DNA of 64,000 nt from an uncultured Bacteroidales bacterium (GCA_963737255.1 CAVTSB010000001.1:386254-450253), one strand, 5' to 3'; numbered from the stretch's first letter, positions 10,791 to 21,140 are shown. Made by a program: numbers and translations. The notes: generated from the letters alone by a model not told the origin.

Positions 10791-13700
10791 GATAAAGGAA
10801 ACACTCAGCAATACAACGGCAGAACCTGTAATAGTTCATTATATCATCACCCCGTCGGTTAATGGATGTGACGGCACGCCGTTCGATCTTTCGGTGACAG
10901 TCAACCCGACAGCAGTCATCACAAGCGAAGCAACAGCCAACTGGTGCAATAACACCGAGAACACATACACGGCGACAAGCTCAAGCACCACTGCGACTTT
11001 TGCCTGGACAAGGGCAGCGGTGGCAGGGATAAGCAATCCTGACGGAAGCGGAACTACTGCTGAGATAAAGGAAACACTCATCAATACCACGGCAGAACCT
11101 GTAACAGTTCATTATATCATCACCCCGTCGGTTAATGGATGTGACGGCACGCCGTTCGATCTTGCCGTGACAGTCAACCCGACAGCAGTCATCACAAGCG
11201 AAGCAACAGCCAACTGGTGCAATAACACTGAGAACACATACACGGCGACAAGCTCAAGCACCACTGCGACTTTTGCCTGGACAAGGGCAGCGGTGGCAGG
11301 GATAAGCAATCCTGACGGAAGCGGAACTACGTCTGAGATAAAGGAAACACTCGTCAATACAACAGCAGAACCTGTAATAGTTCATTATATCATCACCCCG
11401 TCGGTTAATGGATGTGACGGCACGCCGTTCGATCTTGCCGTGACAGTCAACCCGACAGCAGTCATCACAAGCGAAGCAACAGCCAACTGGTGCAATAACA
11501 CTGAGAACACATACACGGCGACAAGCTCAAGCACCACTGCGACTTTTGCCTGGACAAGGGCAGCGGTGGCAGGGATAAGCAATCCTGACGGGAGCGGAAC
11601 TACTGCTGAGATAAAGGAAACACTCATCAATACCACAGCAGAACCTGTAACAGTTCATTATATCATCACCCCGTCGGTTAATGGATGTGACGGCACGCCG
11701 TTCGATCTTGCCGTGACAGTCAACCCGACAGCAGTCATCACAAGCGAAGCAACAGCCAACTGGTGCAATAACACTGAGAACACTTACACGGCGACAAGCT
11801 CAAGCACCACTGCGACCTTTGCCTGGACAAGGGCAGCGGTGGCAGGGATAAGCAATCCTGACGGGAGCGGAACTACGTGCTGAGATAAAGGAAACACTCG
11901 TCAATACAACGGCAGAACCTGTAATAGTTCATTATATCATCACCCCGTCGGTTAATGGATGTGACGGCACGCCGTTCGATCTTTCGGTGACAGTCAACCC
12001 GACAGCAGTCATCACAAGCGAAGCAACAGCCAACTGGTGCAATAACACCGAGAACACATACACGGCGACAAGCTCAAGCACCACTGCGACTTTTGCCTGG
12101 ACAAGGGCAGCGGTGGCAGGGATAAGCAATCCTGACGGAAGCGGAACTACGTCTGAGATAAAGGAAACACTCGTCAATACAACAGCAGAGCCTGTAATAG
12201 TTCATTATATCATCACCCCGTCGGTTAATGGATGTGACGGCACGCCGTTCGATCTTTCGGTGACAGTCAACCCGACAGCAGTCATCACAAGCGAAGCAAC
12301 AGCCAACTGGTGCAATAACACCGAGAACACTTACACGGCGACAAGCTCAAGCACCACTGCGACTTTTGCCTGGACAAGGGCAGCGGTGGCAGGGATAAGC
12401 AATCCTGACGGGAGCGGAACTACTGCTGAGATAAAGGAAACACTCATCAATACCACGGCAGAACCTGTAACAGTTCATTATATCATCACCCCGTCGGTTA
12501 ATGGATGTGACGGCACGCCGTTCGATCTTTCGGTGACAGTCAACCCGACAGCAGTCATCACAAGCGAAGCAACAGCCAACTGGTGCAATAACACTGAGAA
12601 CACATACACGGCGACAAGCTCAAGCACCACTGCGACTTTTGCCTGGACAAGGGCAGCGGTGGCAGGGATAAGCAATCCTGACGGGAGCGGAACTACGTCT
12701 GAGATAAAGGAAACACTCGTCAATACAACAGCAGAGCCTGTAATGGTTCATTATATCATCACCCCGTCGGTTAATGGATGTGACGGCACGCCGTTCGATC
12801 TTGCCGTGACAGTCAACCCGACAGCAGTCATCACAAGCGAAGCAACAGCCAACTGGTGCAATAACACTGAGAACACATACACGGCAACAAGCTCAAGCAC
12901 CACTGCGACTTTTGCCTGGACAAGGGCAGCGGTGGCAGGGATAAGCAATCCTGACGGAAGCGGAACTACGTCTGAGATAACGGAGACACTGATTAATATA
13001 ACAACGGGACCTGTTGTGGTTCATTATATTATAACAGCAAGTGTAGGCAGCTGTACCGGGACACCTTTTGATCTGGCAGTTACAATAAATCCTACACCGC
13101 AGGTTAATCCGGTTGAAAATCAGGTTGTTTGTAATGAAACCACCACGGAAGAGGTAATTTTCACAACCATTAATGAAGGAGGTACAACAACTTATACCTG
13201 GACGAATGATCAGGAATCAATCGGACTTGCAGCTCTGGGAGAAGGAAATATTCCTGAATTTATACCCTTAAACACAGGTACTGAGCCTGTCGTTGCAACG
13301 ATTGAGGTTACTCCGCATTTTGAGTACGGATCGGCAATCTGCGACGGCCCTCCCATTACCTTTACGATTACAGTCAATCCCACGGCACAGGTAGATCTGC
13401 CGGCTAATCAGGTAAAATGTAACGATACCCCCACAGAGGATATAGTTTTCAGTACAGTTAATACGGTTGGCATAACCACCTATACCTGGACAAATGACAC
13501 TGAATCAATCGGACTTGCCGCCGAAGGTATTGGTGATATTCCTTCCTTTACTGCTGTTAATCCGGGTGATTCCCCCGTTACTGCGACAATAATTGTAACT
13601 CCTCACTTCACTTTTGACGGACGTACCTGTGACGGGCCTTCCAAAATATTCACAATAATAGTTGACCCGACCCCTCAGGTGGTTCCCAGTGTTATGACCC

Positions 13701-16700
13701 AGACTATCTGTGATTACGGAACGACAAGTATTGTTATTGGCAGCCCGAGCACATATTCCAGCGGAGTGGTTACTTTTAATTATACTGTAACCGCGACCGG
13801 CGGAGTTACAGGATTTTCAACCCCTGTGACAGGACTTGAGAAGGATCATATAATAGCTGATCAGCTTCATAACCCTACTGATGAACCACAGACTGTAACC
13901 TATACAATTGAACCTGTCACATCAACAGGTTGCGGATCGGAGCCCGCCGTGGTTGTCGTTACTGTGATCCCGACGCCCCAGGTTAATCAACCTGAGAGTC
14001 AGGTCCTTTGCAATGGAGAAGATTCAGATCCTATTATATTAAGTACCCTTACAAGCGGAGGAATTGTATATTATACCTGGGTCAATGATACTCCATCCAT
14101 TGGATTGGCGCCAAGCGGTACAGGAGACATCCCGTTATTTAACGCAACCAACACCGGCGATAACTTTATTGTTGCAACTATAAGGGTAACTCCTCATTTC
14201 ACTTTTGGCGTATTGAATTGTGACGGACAGGAAAAAATACTTACCATAACAGTCAATCCCACGCCGCAGGTATTACCTGTAGTTGCAGAGGGAACCCTGT
14301 GCAATGACGGCACGACAGGCATCACGCTGACGAGCCCGAGCACGTTCAGCAACGGGGCCATCAGCTTCAGGTACACGGTTGTTGCCACAGGCGGGGTTAC
14401 AGGGTTCACGACCCCGGTGACAGGGCTGTCATTAAATCATGTAATAGATGATGTACTTCATAACCCGACCGATGCACCGCAGACGGTTACTTATACGATC
14501 TACCCGGTTAGTCCTTCGGGATGTGCCGAGGGTCCGTCGCAGGTTGTTGTAATAACAGTCAATCCCACGCCGCAGGTATTACCTGTAGTTGCAGAGGGAA
14601 CCCTGTGCAATGACGGCACGACAGGCATCACGCTGACGAGCCCGAGCACGTTCAGCAACGGGGCCATCAGCTTCAGGTACACGGTTGTTGCCACAGGCGG
14701 GGTTACAGGGTTCACGACCCCGGTGACAGGGCTGTCATTAAATCATGTAATAGATGATGTACTTCATAACCCGACCGATGCACCGCAGACGGTTACTTAT
14801 ACGATCTACCCGGTTAGTCCTTCGGGATGTGCCGAGGGTCCGTCGCAGGTTGTTGTAATAACAGTCAATCCCACGCCGCAGGTATTACCTGTAGTTGCAG
14901 AGGGAACCCTGTGCAATGACGGCACGACAGGCATCACGCTGACCAGCCCGAGCACGTTCAGCAACGGGGCCATCAGCTTCAGGTACACGGTTGTTGCCAC
15001 AGGCGGGGTTACAGGGTTCACGACCCCGGTGACAGGGCTGTCATTAAATCATGTAATAGATGATGTACTTCATAACCCGACCGATGCACCGCAGACGGTT
15101 ACTTATACGATCTACCCGGTTAGTCCTTCGGGATGTGCCGAGGGTCCGTCGCAGGTTGTTGTAATAACAGTCAATCCCACGCCGCAGGTATTACCTGTAG
15201 TTGCAGAGGGAACCCTGTGCAATGACGGCACGACAGGCATCACGCTGACCAGCCCGAGCACGTTCAGCAACGGGGCCATCAGCTTCAGGTACACGGTTGT
15301 TGCCACAGGCGGGGTTACAGGGTTCACGACCCCGGTGACAGGGCTGTCATTAAATCATGTAATAGATGATGTCCTTCATAACCCGACCGATGCACCGCAG
15401 ACGGTTACTTATACGATCTACCCGGTTAGTCCTTCGGGATGTGCCGAGGGTCCGTCGCAGGTTGTTGTAATAACAGTCAATCCCACGCCGCAGGTATTAC
15501 CTGTAGTTGCAGAGGGAACCCTGTGCAATGACGGCACGACAGGCATCACGCTGACGAGCCCGAGCACGTTCAGCAACGGGGCCATCAGCTTCAGGTACAC
15601 GGTTGTTGCCACAGGCGGGGTTACAGGGTTCACGACCCCGGTGACAGGGCTGTCATTAAATCATGTAATAGATGATGTACTTCATAACCCGACCGATGCA
15701 CCGCAGACGGTTACTTATACGATCTACCCGGTTAGTCCGTCGGGATGTGCCGAGGGTCCGTCGCAGGTTGTTGTAATAACAGTCAATCCCACGCCGCAGG
15801 TATTACCTGTAGTTGCAGAGGGAACCCTGTGCAATGACGGCACGACAGGCATCACGCTGACCAGCCCGAGCACGTTCAGCAACGGGGCCATCAGCTTCAG
15901 GTACACGGTTGTTGCCACAGGCGGGGTTACAGGGTTCACGACCCCGGTGACAGGGCTGTCATTAAATCATGTAATAGATGATGTACTTCATAACCCGACC
16001 GATGCACCGCAGACGGTTACTTATACGATCTACCCGGTTAGTCCTTCGGGATGTGCCGAGGGTCCGTCGCAGGTTGTTGTAATAACAGTCAATCCCACGC
16101 CGCAGGTATTACCTGTAGTTGCAGAGGGAACCCTGTGCAATGACGGCACGACAGGCATCACGCTGACGAGCCCGAGCACGTTCAGCAACGGGGCCATCAG
16201 CTTCAGGTACACGGTTGTTGCCACAGGCGGGGTTACAGGGTTCACGACCCCGGTGACAGGGCTGTCATTAAATCATGTAATAGATGATGTACTTCATAAC
16301 CCGACCGATGCACCGCAGACGGTTACTTATACGATCTACCCGGTTAGTCCTTCGGGATGTGCCGAGGGTCCGTCGCAGGTTGTTGTAATAACAGTCAATC
16401 CCACGCCGCAGGTATTACCTGTAGTTGCAGAGGGAACCCTGTGCAATGACGGCACGACAGGCATCACGCTGACGAGCCCGAGCACGTTCAGCAACGGGGC
16501 CATCAGCTTCAGGTACACGGTTGTTGCCACAGGCGGGGTTACAGGGTTCACGACCCCGGTGACAGGGCTGTCATTAAATCATGTAATAGATGATGTACTT
16601 CATAACCCGACCGATGCACCGCAGACGGTTACTTATACGATCTACCCGGTTAGTCCTTCGGGATGTGCCGAGGGTCCGTCGCAGGTTGTTGTAATAACAG

Positions 16701-19700
16701 TCAATCCCACGCCGCAGGTATTACCTGTAGTTGCAGAGGGAACCCTGTGCAATGACGGCACGACAGGCATCACGCTGACGAGCCCGAGCACGTTCAGCAA
16801 CGGGGCCATCAGCTTCAGGTACACGGTTGTTGCCACAGGCGGGGTTACAGGGTTCACGACCCCGGTGACAGGGCTGTCATTAAATCATGTAATAGATGAT
16901 GTACTTCATAACCCGACCGATGCACCGCAGACGGTTACTTATACGATCTACCCGGTTAGTCCTTCGGGATGTGCCGAGGGTCCGTCGCAGGTTGTTGTAA
17001 TAACAGTCAATCCCACGCCGCAGGTATTACCTGTAGTTGCAGAGGGAACCCTGTGCAATGACGGCACGACAGGCATCACGCTGACGAGCCCGAGCACGTT
17101 CAGCAACGGGGCCATCAGCTTCAGGTACACGGTTGTTGCCACAGGCGGGGTTACAGGGTTCACGACCCCGGTGACAGGGCTGTCATTAAATCATGTAATA
17201 GATGATGTCCTTCATAACCCGACCGATGCACCGCAGACGGTTACTTATACGATCTACCCGGTTAGTCCTTCGGGATGTGCCGAGGGTCCGTCGCAGGTTG
17301 TTGTAATAACAGTCAATCCCACGCCGCAGGTATTACCTGTAGTTGCAGAGGGAACCCTGTGCAATGACGGCACGACAGGCATCACGCTGACCAGCCCGAG
17401 CACGTTCAGCAACGGGGCCATCAGCTTCAGGTACACGGTTGTTGCCACAGGCGGGGTTACAGGGTTCACGACCCCGGTGACAGGGCTGTCATTAAATCAT
17501 GTAATAGATGATGTCCTTCATAACCCGACCGATGCACCGCAGACGGTTACTTATACGATCTACCCGGTTAGTCCTTCGGGATGTGCCGAGGGTCCGTCGC
17601 AGGTTGTTGTAATAACAGTCAATCCCACGCCGCAGGTATTACCTGTAGTTGCAGAGGGAACCCTGTGCAATGACGGCACGACAGGCATCACGCTGACCAG
17701 CCCGAGCACGTTCAGCAACGGGGCCATCAGCTTCAGGTACACGGTTGTTGCCACAGGCGGGGTTACAGGGTTCACGACCCCGGTGACAGGGCTGTCATTA
17801 AATCATGTAATAGATGATGTACTTCATAACCCGACCGATGCACCGCAGACGGTTACTTATACGATCTACCCGGTTAGTCCTTCGGGATGTGCCGAGGGTC
17901 CGTCGCAGGTTGTTGTAATAACAGTCAATCCCACGCCAAGGATCTTCCCGGTACCACCGGATGATATTCTTTGCGACAGCACAACAACAAATATTACGCT
18001 TCAGAGCCCGAGCGTTTTTACAACCGGTGTTGTCACGATCGACCTCACAGCCAGCTCACCTGCAGGATTGACAGGTTATACGGCCAGTGCTTCCGGATTA
18101 GGTGAAGGATATGTCCTCGCAGATAATCTTGTAAACTCTACAGATGCTCCCCTGACCGTAACCTACACACTTGTACCGTTAAGTGGTGCCGGCTGTGAAA
18201 GCGGACCTTCTGTGTCATTTAATATTACTGTCAATCCTACGCCAAGGGCGATCCCGGTAAATATCAGCCCCGCCATCTGTTTCGGGGATACTACTGAGAT
18301 ACATCTGGAGTCACCGACTGTGATGACTTCGGGTCAGATAAGATTTGACTATACGATCGATCTTCCTGCAGGGGTAAGGGGAAATGGAGATCCTGACACC
18401 GACAGGTTACCTGGTGATATTCTCTCCTTTATCTACAGGAACGACAATCAGGCAGTCACAACCGTCCGGTTCCTGATCACCCCAAAAGTTACGTCGCTGA
18501 ATTGCCCTGCAGGCAATATCAATACGCAGGAAGTAAGGGTTCACCCCGAACCGGCCAGGGGTATTAATATTGTCAAGCCGTTCACATGCGAGGCAAGTAC
18601 AGGACTGGCAAAGCTGGAGGCGATCATTTCAAGCGGTGCCGAACCTTATGATCTGCTATGGACCGGACCGGTAGGTTATGTAATGGAAGATTCAATTTTA
18701 ATTACCAATCTTTATGCCGGATATTATACCCTGGATGTAACAGACGACCTTGGATGCCAGGGTGATACAGCTATCAATATTGCCAATCTAAGTGCTTCAC
18801 CCAGGATTATACCATACCCCGTTCCGGAAGTTCCCGAAATAAATATATCATGCCCGGGGGGAAGCGATGGTACTGCCAGAATTTATGTCAGCAGCGGAAT
18901 AACACCTCCCTATGAATACTGGGTCGTACGCAATGATGCTGATACCCTGGACACCGGGATATTTACAGATAAATATGACCTTTCAGTTCCTTCCACTTTC
19001 AAGATCATTGAAGACCTGCCTGCAGGCATTTATAAACTGATAATCAGGGATGGAAATGGTTGTATTACATTCAGGACTGCAGAACTGAGAGAACCGGAAC
19101 CGATCGATGTGTCGTTTGAAAAGAGCGATTACAGCGGCTCAGATGTCTCTTGCCGTGGTTACGATGATGGTTTTATAATAGCGCATGTTACCGGCGGCAG
19201 CGGATATTACAGGTATTTCTGGTACCCCGAAACCGGATCGCTTACAGTGAGCAATAATCAGGCCCTTCTTGACAGTATCCCGGCAGGTAGATACTCCGTG
19301 GTGATAACTGATACCCTCGGCTGTACTCAGACCGGTACCTTTACCCTGCTTGATCCTCCCGGCATGATCCTCGAATCAAGTGAAGTATCCAGGAGCCTTG
19401 ATAGTAATTTCAACATCTCCTGTAACGGCAGTAACGACGGATTTATAAACCTTACAGTTTCTGGTGGCTCCGGCGTTTATACTTATCTGTGGGTGGGTCC
19501 TGATGGTTTTACATCAACCGAAGAAGATATATCAGAGCTTAAGGCTGGAAACTATGATTGCACAGTAACGGATATAAATGGCTGTATTCTTGTGCCCCGC
19601 CCTGACTTTGAGCTGGTAGAGCCTGAAATCCTTGATATAGCTTCGGTGAGTTCCCAGTCAACGGATGGATCCTTCCAGATAAACTGTTTTGGAGGCACCG

Positions 19701-21121
19701 GTGCAATAGATGTTACAGTTACTGGCGGCAGTGGAGGTTCTTACGCATATTTATGGAGTACAACAGGCGGATCCGGCGTACAGAACGGACTGGAGGATCA
19801 GAATGCCCTTACCGCCGGAATCTACCATCTGGAAGTTTCAGATGCAAACGGATGCATTACAGTGGAAGACGTCACCCTGACACAGCCTCCTGAACTGACA
19901 ATTGAGCTGGTACCGACACACATTACATGTCAGGGTCTGGGATTTGACAATGGTTCGGTGAATCTCACTGTTACAGGAGGTATAGGTCAGTTCAATTACA
20001 CCTGGTCGAATGGAGAGCACACACAGGATATTTCCGGACTGTCGGAAGGTAACTACAGCGTTACCGTGACCGATGCAAACGGTTGTGTGAAAACCGGTTC
20101 AACGAGAGTTGACCTGCCTCCGGATTTAACATTCAACAGTGTACTTTCTGAATTCAACACCTTCAATATAAGTTGTTTTGGCAGGGCCGACGGATCAATT
20201 GTGACAGAACCGACAAGCGGGACTCCTCCTTATATTTACAGCTGGACAGGGGCAGATGGATTTTCCAGGAATACAAAGGATATCAGCGGTTTACGGGCAG
20301 GAGAATACATCTTGCTGATCACAGACAGTAATTTATGCACTGCTATTGACACTATTACTTTAAGAGAGCCTGGCAGACTAACAATGAGCATCACGCCTTC
20401 CGAAAGCCAGGATGGGAATTTTAATATTAATTGTGCCGGGGCGAAAACAGGAACAATAACCGTCGCGGCTGTCAATAATGCCGGGCCGGTTGAATATCTG
20501 TGGGCCGATGGCGAAATTGGAAACACAAGGAATGAACTTAAGGCTGGTGACTATAGGATTATAATAAACGACTCTAATAATTGCCAGGCCGATTCGATAA
20601 TTACACTGACTGAACCTGATTCTATAAAACTGAGTTTTAACATTACACAGCCATTCTGCACTGATATGCCTGACGGGGAAATTGCTTTGACTGTTACCGG
20701 CGGAATAGGCCCGGCTTATACATACAGATGGTCGGATAATACAACGGCTCAGAATATATCAACAGCTATAAGCGGTATTTATGGAGTAACAGTCACCGAC
20801 CTGAACAGTTGTACGGCAAGTGACTCTGTGATGATCCAACCGTTGAATGAGGTGTGCCTGGTCATCCCCAATGCAATTTCTCCGAATGGCGACCTCATTA
20901 ATGATGTGTGGAATATCGGGCTCAGGGAGCTATACCCGGAAATCGAGGTAAAAATATATAACAGATGGGGTGAACTGATCTGGAAATCAGACAAGGGCTA
21001 TCCGGTTCCATGGGATGGAAGAAGTAAGGATGCTGTGCTTCCGGTCGACTCTTATCATTATACGATTGATCTGCATAACGGATCAAGGCTGATTATTGGT
21101 CATGTGACGATTGTGAAGTAA
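2112..21121 (+). CDS. Giant T9SS type-B-sorted surface adhesin (SprB-like architecture), ~6,335 aa if two +1 insertions (near 10784 and 11877) are removed
   Basis: Signal peptide ends AVNA|Q. The same 91-aa repeat runs uninterrupted across all three ORF fragments. 19010 nt minus 2 nt is 19008 nt, a multiple of 3. C-terminus LVIPNAISPNGD..ND.W..IYNRWG..WDG..YHYTI. Immediately followed by a PorP/SprF gene. Start codon uncertain (TTG 2112 or GTG 2124). Confidence 0.8.
3708..9527 (+). repeat. Intragenic tandem array 1: 20 x 291 bp (97 aa, 4 Cys per unit)
   Basis: Shadow ORFs recur exactly every 291 nt (3997, 4288 ... 9235). Unit VNPQPTGPALLARTPDLAAVCAGQ...TAWATLATWS. The first unit start and last unit end are diverged. 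Confidence 0.97.
10074..13078 (+). repeat. Intragenic tandem array 2: 11 x 273 bp (91 aa, PKD/Ig-like), with alternating A/B subtypes
   Basis: Units start at 10074, 10347, 10620, 10894, 11167, 11440, 11713, 11987, 12260, 12533 and 12806. Two spacings are 274 nt because of the +1 insertions. Confidence 0.95.
10894..11883 (+). CDS. Adhesin fragment 2 as assembled (91-aa PKD-like repeats only; not an independent gene)
   Basis: Consists only of 91-aa repeats and is bounded by the two identical +1 insertions. No signal peptide. Confidence 0.5.
   Translation: MTVNPTAVITSEATANWCNNTENTYTATSSSTTATFAWTRAAVAGISNPDGSGTTAEIKETLINTTAEPVTVHYIITPSVNGCDGTPFDLAVTVNPTAVITSEATANWCNNTENTYTATSSSTTATFAWTRAAVAGISNPDGSGTTSEIKETLVNTTAEPVIVHYIITPSVNGCDGTPFDLAVTVNPTAVITSEATANWCNNTENTYTATSSSTTATFAWTRAAVAGISNPDGSGTTAEIKETLINTTAEPVTVHYIITPSVNGCDGTPFDLAVTVNPTAVITSEATANWCNNTENTYTATSSSTTATFAWTRAAVAGISNPDGSGTTC
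11987..21121 (+). CDS. Adhesin fragment 3 as assembled: PKD-like repeats, 12 x 102-aa repeats, SprB-like repeats, gliding-motility-associated (T9SS type B) C-terminal domain
   Basis: 3044-aa ORF. SprB-type units (ISC.G..DG.I...GG...Y.Y.W......L.AG.Y.V.VTD.NGC) at about 18560-20830. Type-B CTD at about 20858-21118. Confidence 0.88.
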   Translation: MTVNPTAVITSEATANWCNNTENTYTATSSSTTATFAWTRAAVAGISNPDGSGTTSEIKETLVNTTAEPVIVHYIITPSVNGCDGTPFDLSVTVNPTAVITSEATANWCNNTENTYTATSSSTTATFAWTRAAVAGISNPDGSGTTAEIKETLINTTAEPVTVHYIITPSVNGCDGTPFDLSVTVNPTAVITSEATANWCNNTENTYTATSSSTTATFAWTRAAVAGISNPDGSGTTSEIKETLVNTTAEPVMVHYIITPSVNGCDGTPFDLAVTVNPTAVITSEATANWCNNTENTYTATSSSTTATFAWTRAAVAGISNPDGSGTTSEITETLINITTGPVVVHYIITASVGSCTGTPFDLAVTINPTPQVNPVENQVVCNETTTEEVIFTTINEGGTTTYTWTNDQESIGLAALGEGNIPEFIPLNTGTEPVVATIEVTPHFEYGSAICDGPPITFTITVNPTAQVDLPANQVKCNDTPTEDIVFSTVNTVGITTYTWTNDTESIGLAAEGIGDIPSFTAVNPGDSPVTATIIVTPHFTFDGRTCDGPSKIFTIIVDPTPQVVPSVMTQTICDYGTTSIVIGSPSTYSSGVVTFNYTVTATGGVTGFSTPVTGLEKDHIIADQLHNPTDEPQTVTYTIEPVTSTGCGSEPAVVVVTVIPTPQVNQPESQVLCNGEDSDPIILSTLTSGGIVYYTWVNDTPSIGLAPSGTGDIPLFNATNTGDNFIVATIRVTPHFTFGVLNCDGQEKILTITVNPTPQVLPVVAEGTLCNDGTTGITLTSPSTFSNGAISFRYTVVATGGVTGFTTPVTGLSLNHVIDDVLHNPTDAPQTVTYTIYPVSPSGCAEGPSQVVVITVNPTPQVLPVVAEGTLCNDGTTGITLTSPSTFSNGAISFRYTVVATGGVTGFTTPVTGLSLNHVIDDVLHNPTDAPQTVTYTIYPVSPSGCAEGPSQVVVITVNPTPQVLPVVAEGTLCNDGTTGITLTSPSTFSNGAISFRYTVVATGGVTGFTTPVTGLSLNHVIDDVLHNPTDAPQTVTYTIYPVSPSGCAEGPSQVVVITVNPTPQVLPVVAEGTLCNDGTTGITLTSPSTFSNGAISFRYTVVATGGVTGFTTPVTGLSLNHVIDDVLHNPTDAPQTVTYTIYPVSPSGCAEGPSQVVVITVNPTPQVLPVVAEGTLCNDGTTGITLTSPSTFSNGAISFRYTVVATGGVTGFTTPVTGLSLNHVIDDVLHNPTDAPQTVTYTIYPVSPSGCAEGPSQVVVITVNPTPQVLPVVAEGTLCNDGTTGITLTSPSTFSNGAISFRYTVVATGGVTGFTTPVTGLSLNHVIDDVLHNPTDAPQTVTYTIYPVSPSGCAEGPSQVVVITVNPTPQVLPVVAEGTLCNDGTTGITLTSPSTFSNGAISFRYTVVATGGVTGFTTPVTGLSLNHVIDDVLHNPTDAPQTVTYTIYPVSPSGCAEGPSQVVVITVNPTPQVLPVVAEGTLCNDGTTGITLTSPSTFSNGAISFRYTVVATGGVTGFTTPVTGLSLNHVIDDVLHNPTDAPQTVTYTIYPVSPSGCAEGPSQVVVITVNPTPQVLPVVAEGTLCNDGTTGITLTSPSTFSNGAISFRYTVVATGGVTGFTTPVTGLSLNHVIDDVLHNPTDAPQTVTYTIYPVSPSGCAEGPSQVVVITVNPTPQVLPVVAEGTLCNDGTTGITLTSPSTFSNGAISFRYTVVATGGVTGFTTPVTGLSLNHVIDDVLHNPTDAPQTVTYTIYPVSPSGCAEGPSQVVVITVNPTPQVLPVVAEGTLCNDGTTGITLTSPSTFSNGAISFRYTVVATGGVTGFTTPVTGLSLNHVIDDVLHNPTDAPQTVTYTIYPVSPSGCAEGPSQVVVITVNPTPQVLPVVAEGTLCNDGTTGITLTSPSTFSNGAISFRYTVVATGGVTGFTTPVTGLSLNHVIDDVLHNPTDAPQTVTYTIYPVSPSGCAEGPSQVVVITVNPTPRIFPVPPDDILCDSTTTNITLQSPSVFTTGVVTIDLTASSPAGLTGYTASASGLGEGYVLADNLVNSTDAPLTVTYTLVPLSGAGCESGPSVSFNITVNPTPRAIPVNISPAICFGDTTEIHLESPTVMTSGQIRFDYTIDLPAGVRGNGDPDTDRLPGDILSFIYRNDNQAVTTVRFLITPKVTSLNCPAGNINTQEVRVHPEPARGINIVKPFTCEASTGLAKLEAIISSGAEPYDLLWTGPVGYVMEDSILITNLYAGYYTLDVTDDLGCQGDTAINIANLSASPRIIPYPVPEVPEINISCPGGSDGTARIYVSSGITPPYEYWVVRNDADTLDTGIFTDKYDLSVPSTFKIIEDLPAGIYKLIIRDGNGCITFRTAELREPEPIDVSFEKSDYSGSDVSCRGYDDGFIIAHVTGGSGYYRYFWYPETGSLTVSNNQALLDSIPAGRYSVVITDTLGCTQTGTFTLLDPPGMILESSEVSRSLDSNFNISCNGSNDGFINLTVSGGSGVYTYLWVGPDGFTSTEEDISELKAGNYDCTVTDINGCILVPRPDFELVEPEILDIASVSSQSTDGSFQINCFGGTGAIDVTVTGGSGGSYAYLWSTTGGSGVQNGLEDQNALTAGIYHLEVSDANGCITVEDVTLTQPPELTIELVPTHITCQGLGFDNGSVNLTVTGGIGQFNYTWSNGEHTQDISGLSEGNYSVTVTDANGCVKTGSTRVDLPPDLTFNSVLSEFNTFNISCFGRADGSIVTEPTSGTPPYIYSWTGADGFSRNTKDISGLRAGEYILLITDSNLCTAIDTITLREPGRLTMSITPSESQDGNFNINCAGAKTGTITVAAVNNAGPVEYLWADGEIGNTRNELKAGDYRIIINDSNNCQADSIITLTEPDSIKLSFNITQPFCTDMPDGEIALTVTGGIGPAYTYRWSDNTTAQNISTAISGIYGVTVTDLNSCTASDSVMIQPLNEVCLVIPNAISPNGDLINDVWNIGLRELYPEIEVKIYNRWGELIWKSDKGYPVPWDGRSKDAVLPVDSYHYTIDLHNGSRLIIGHVTIVK
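14246..17937 (+). repeat. Intragenic tandem array 3: 12 x 306 bp (102 aa, PKD/Ig-like), identical at protein level
   Basis: Shadow ORFs recur every 306 nt (14194 ... 17560). Unit ITVNPTPQVLPVVAEGTLCNDG...GCAEGPSQVVV. Confidence 0.97.
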
Positions 21122-21140
21122 TTATATAAATTGAGTTATT

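Noticed and set aside
10781..11881. Programmed ribosomal frameshift or slipped-strand phase variation
   Set aside because: There is no slippery heptamer, homopolymer or SSR at the sites. The inserted base is explained by merging the two alleles.
3796..17775. Dozens of 62-83 aa ORFs on both strands repeating every 291, 273 or 306 nt
   Set aside because: They are shadow frames of the adhesin repeats, with no independent starts or motifs.
3708..17937. Long regular repeats as a CRISPR array or non-coding satellite
   Set aside because: Units are 273-306 bp, multiples of three, have no unique spacers and lie in frame in one protein. No cas genes are present.
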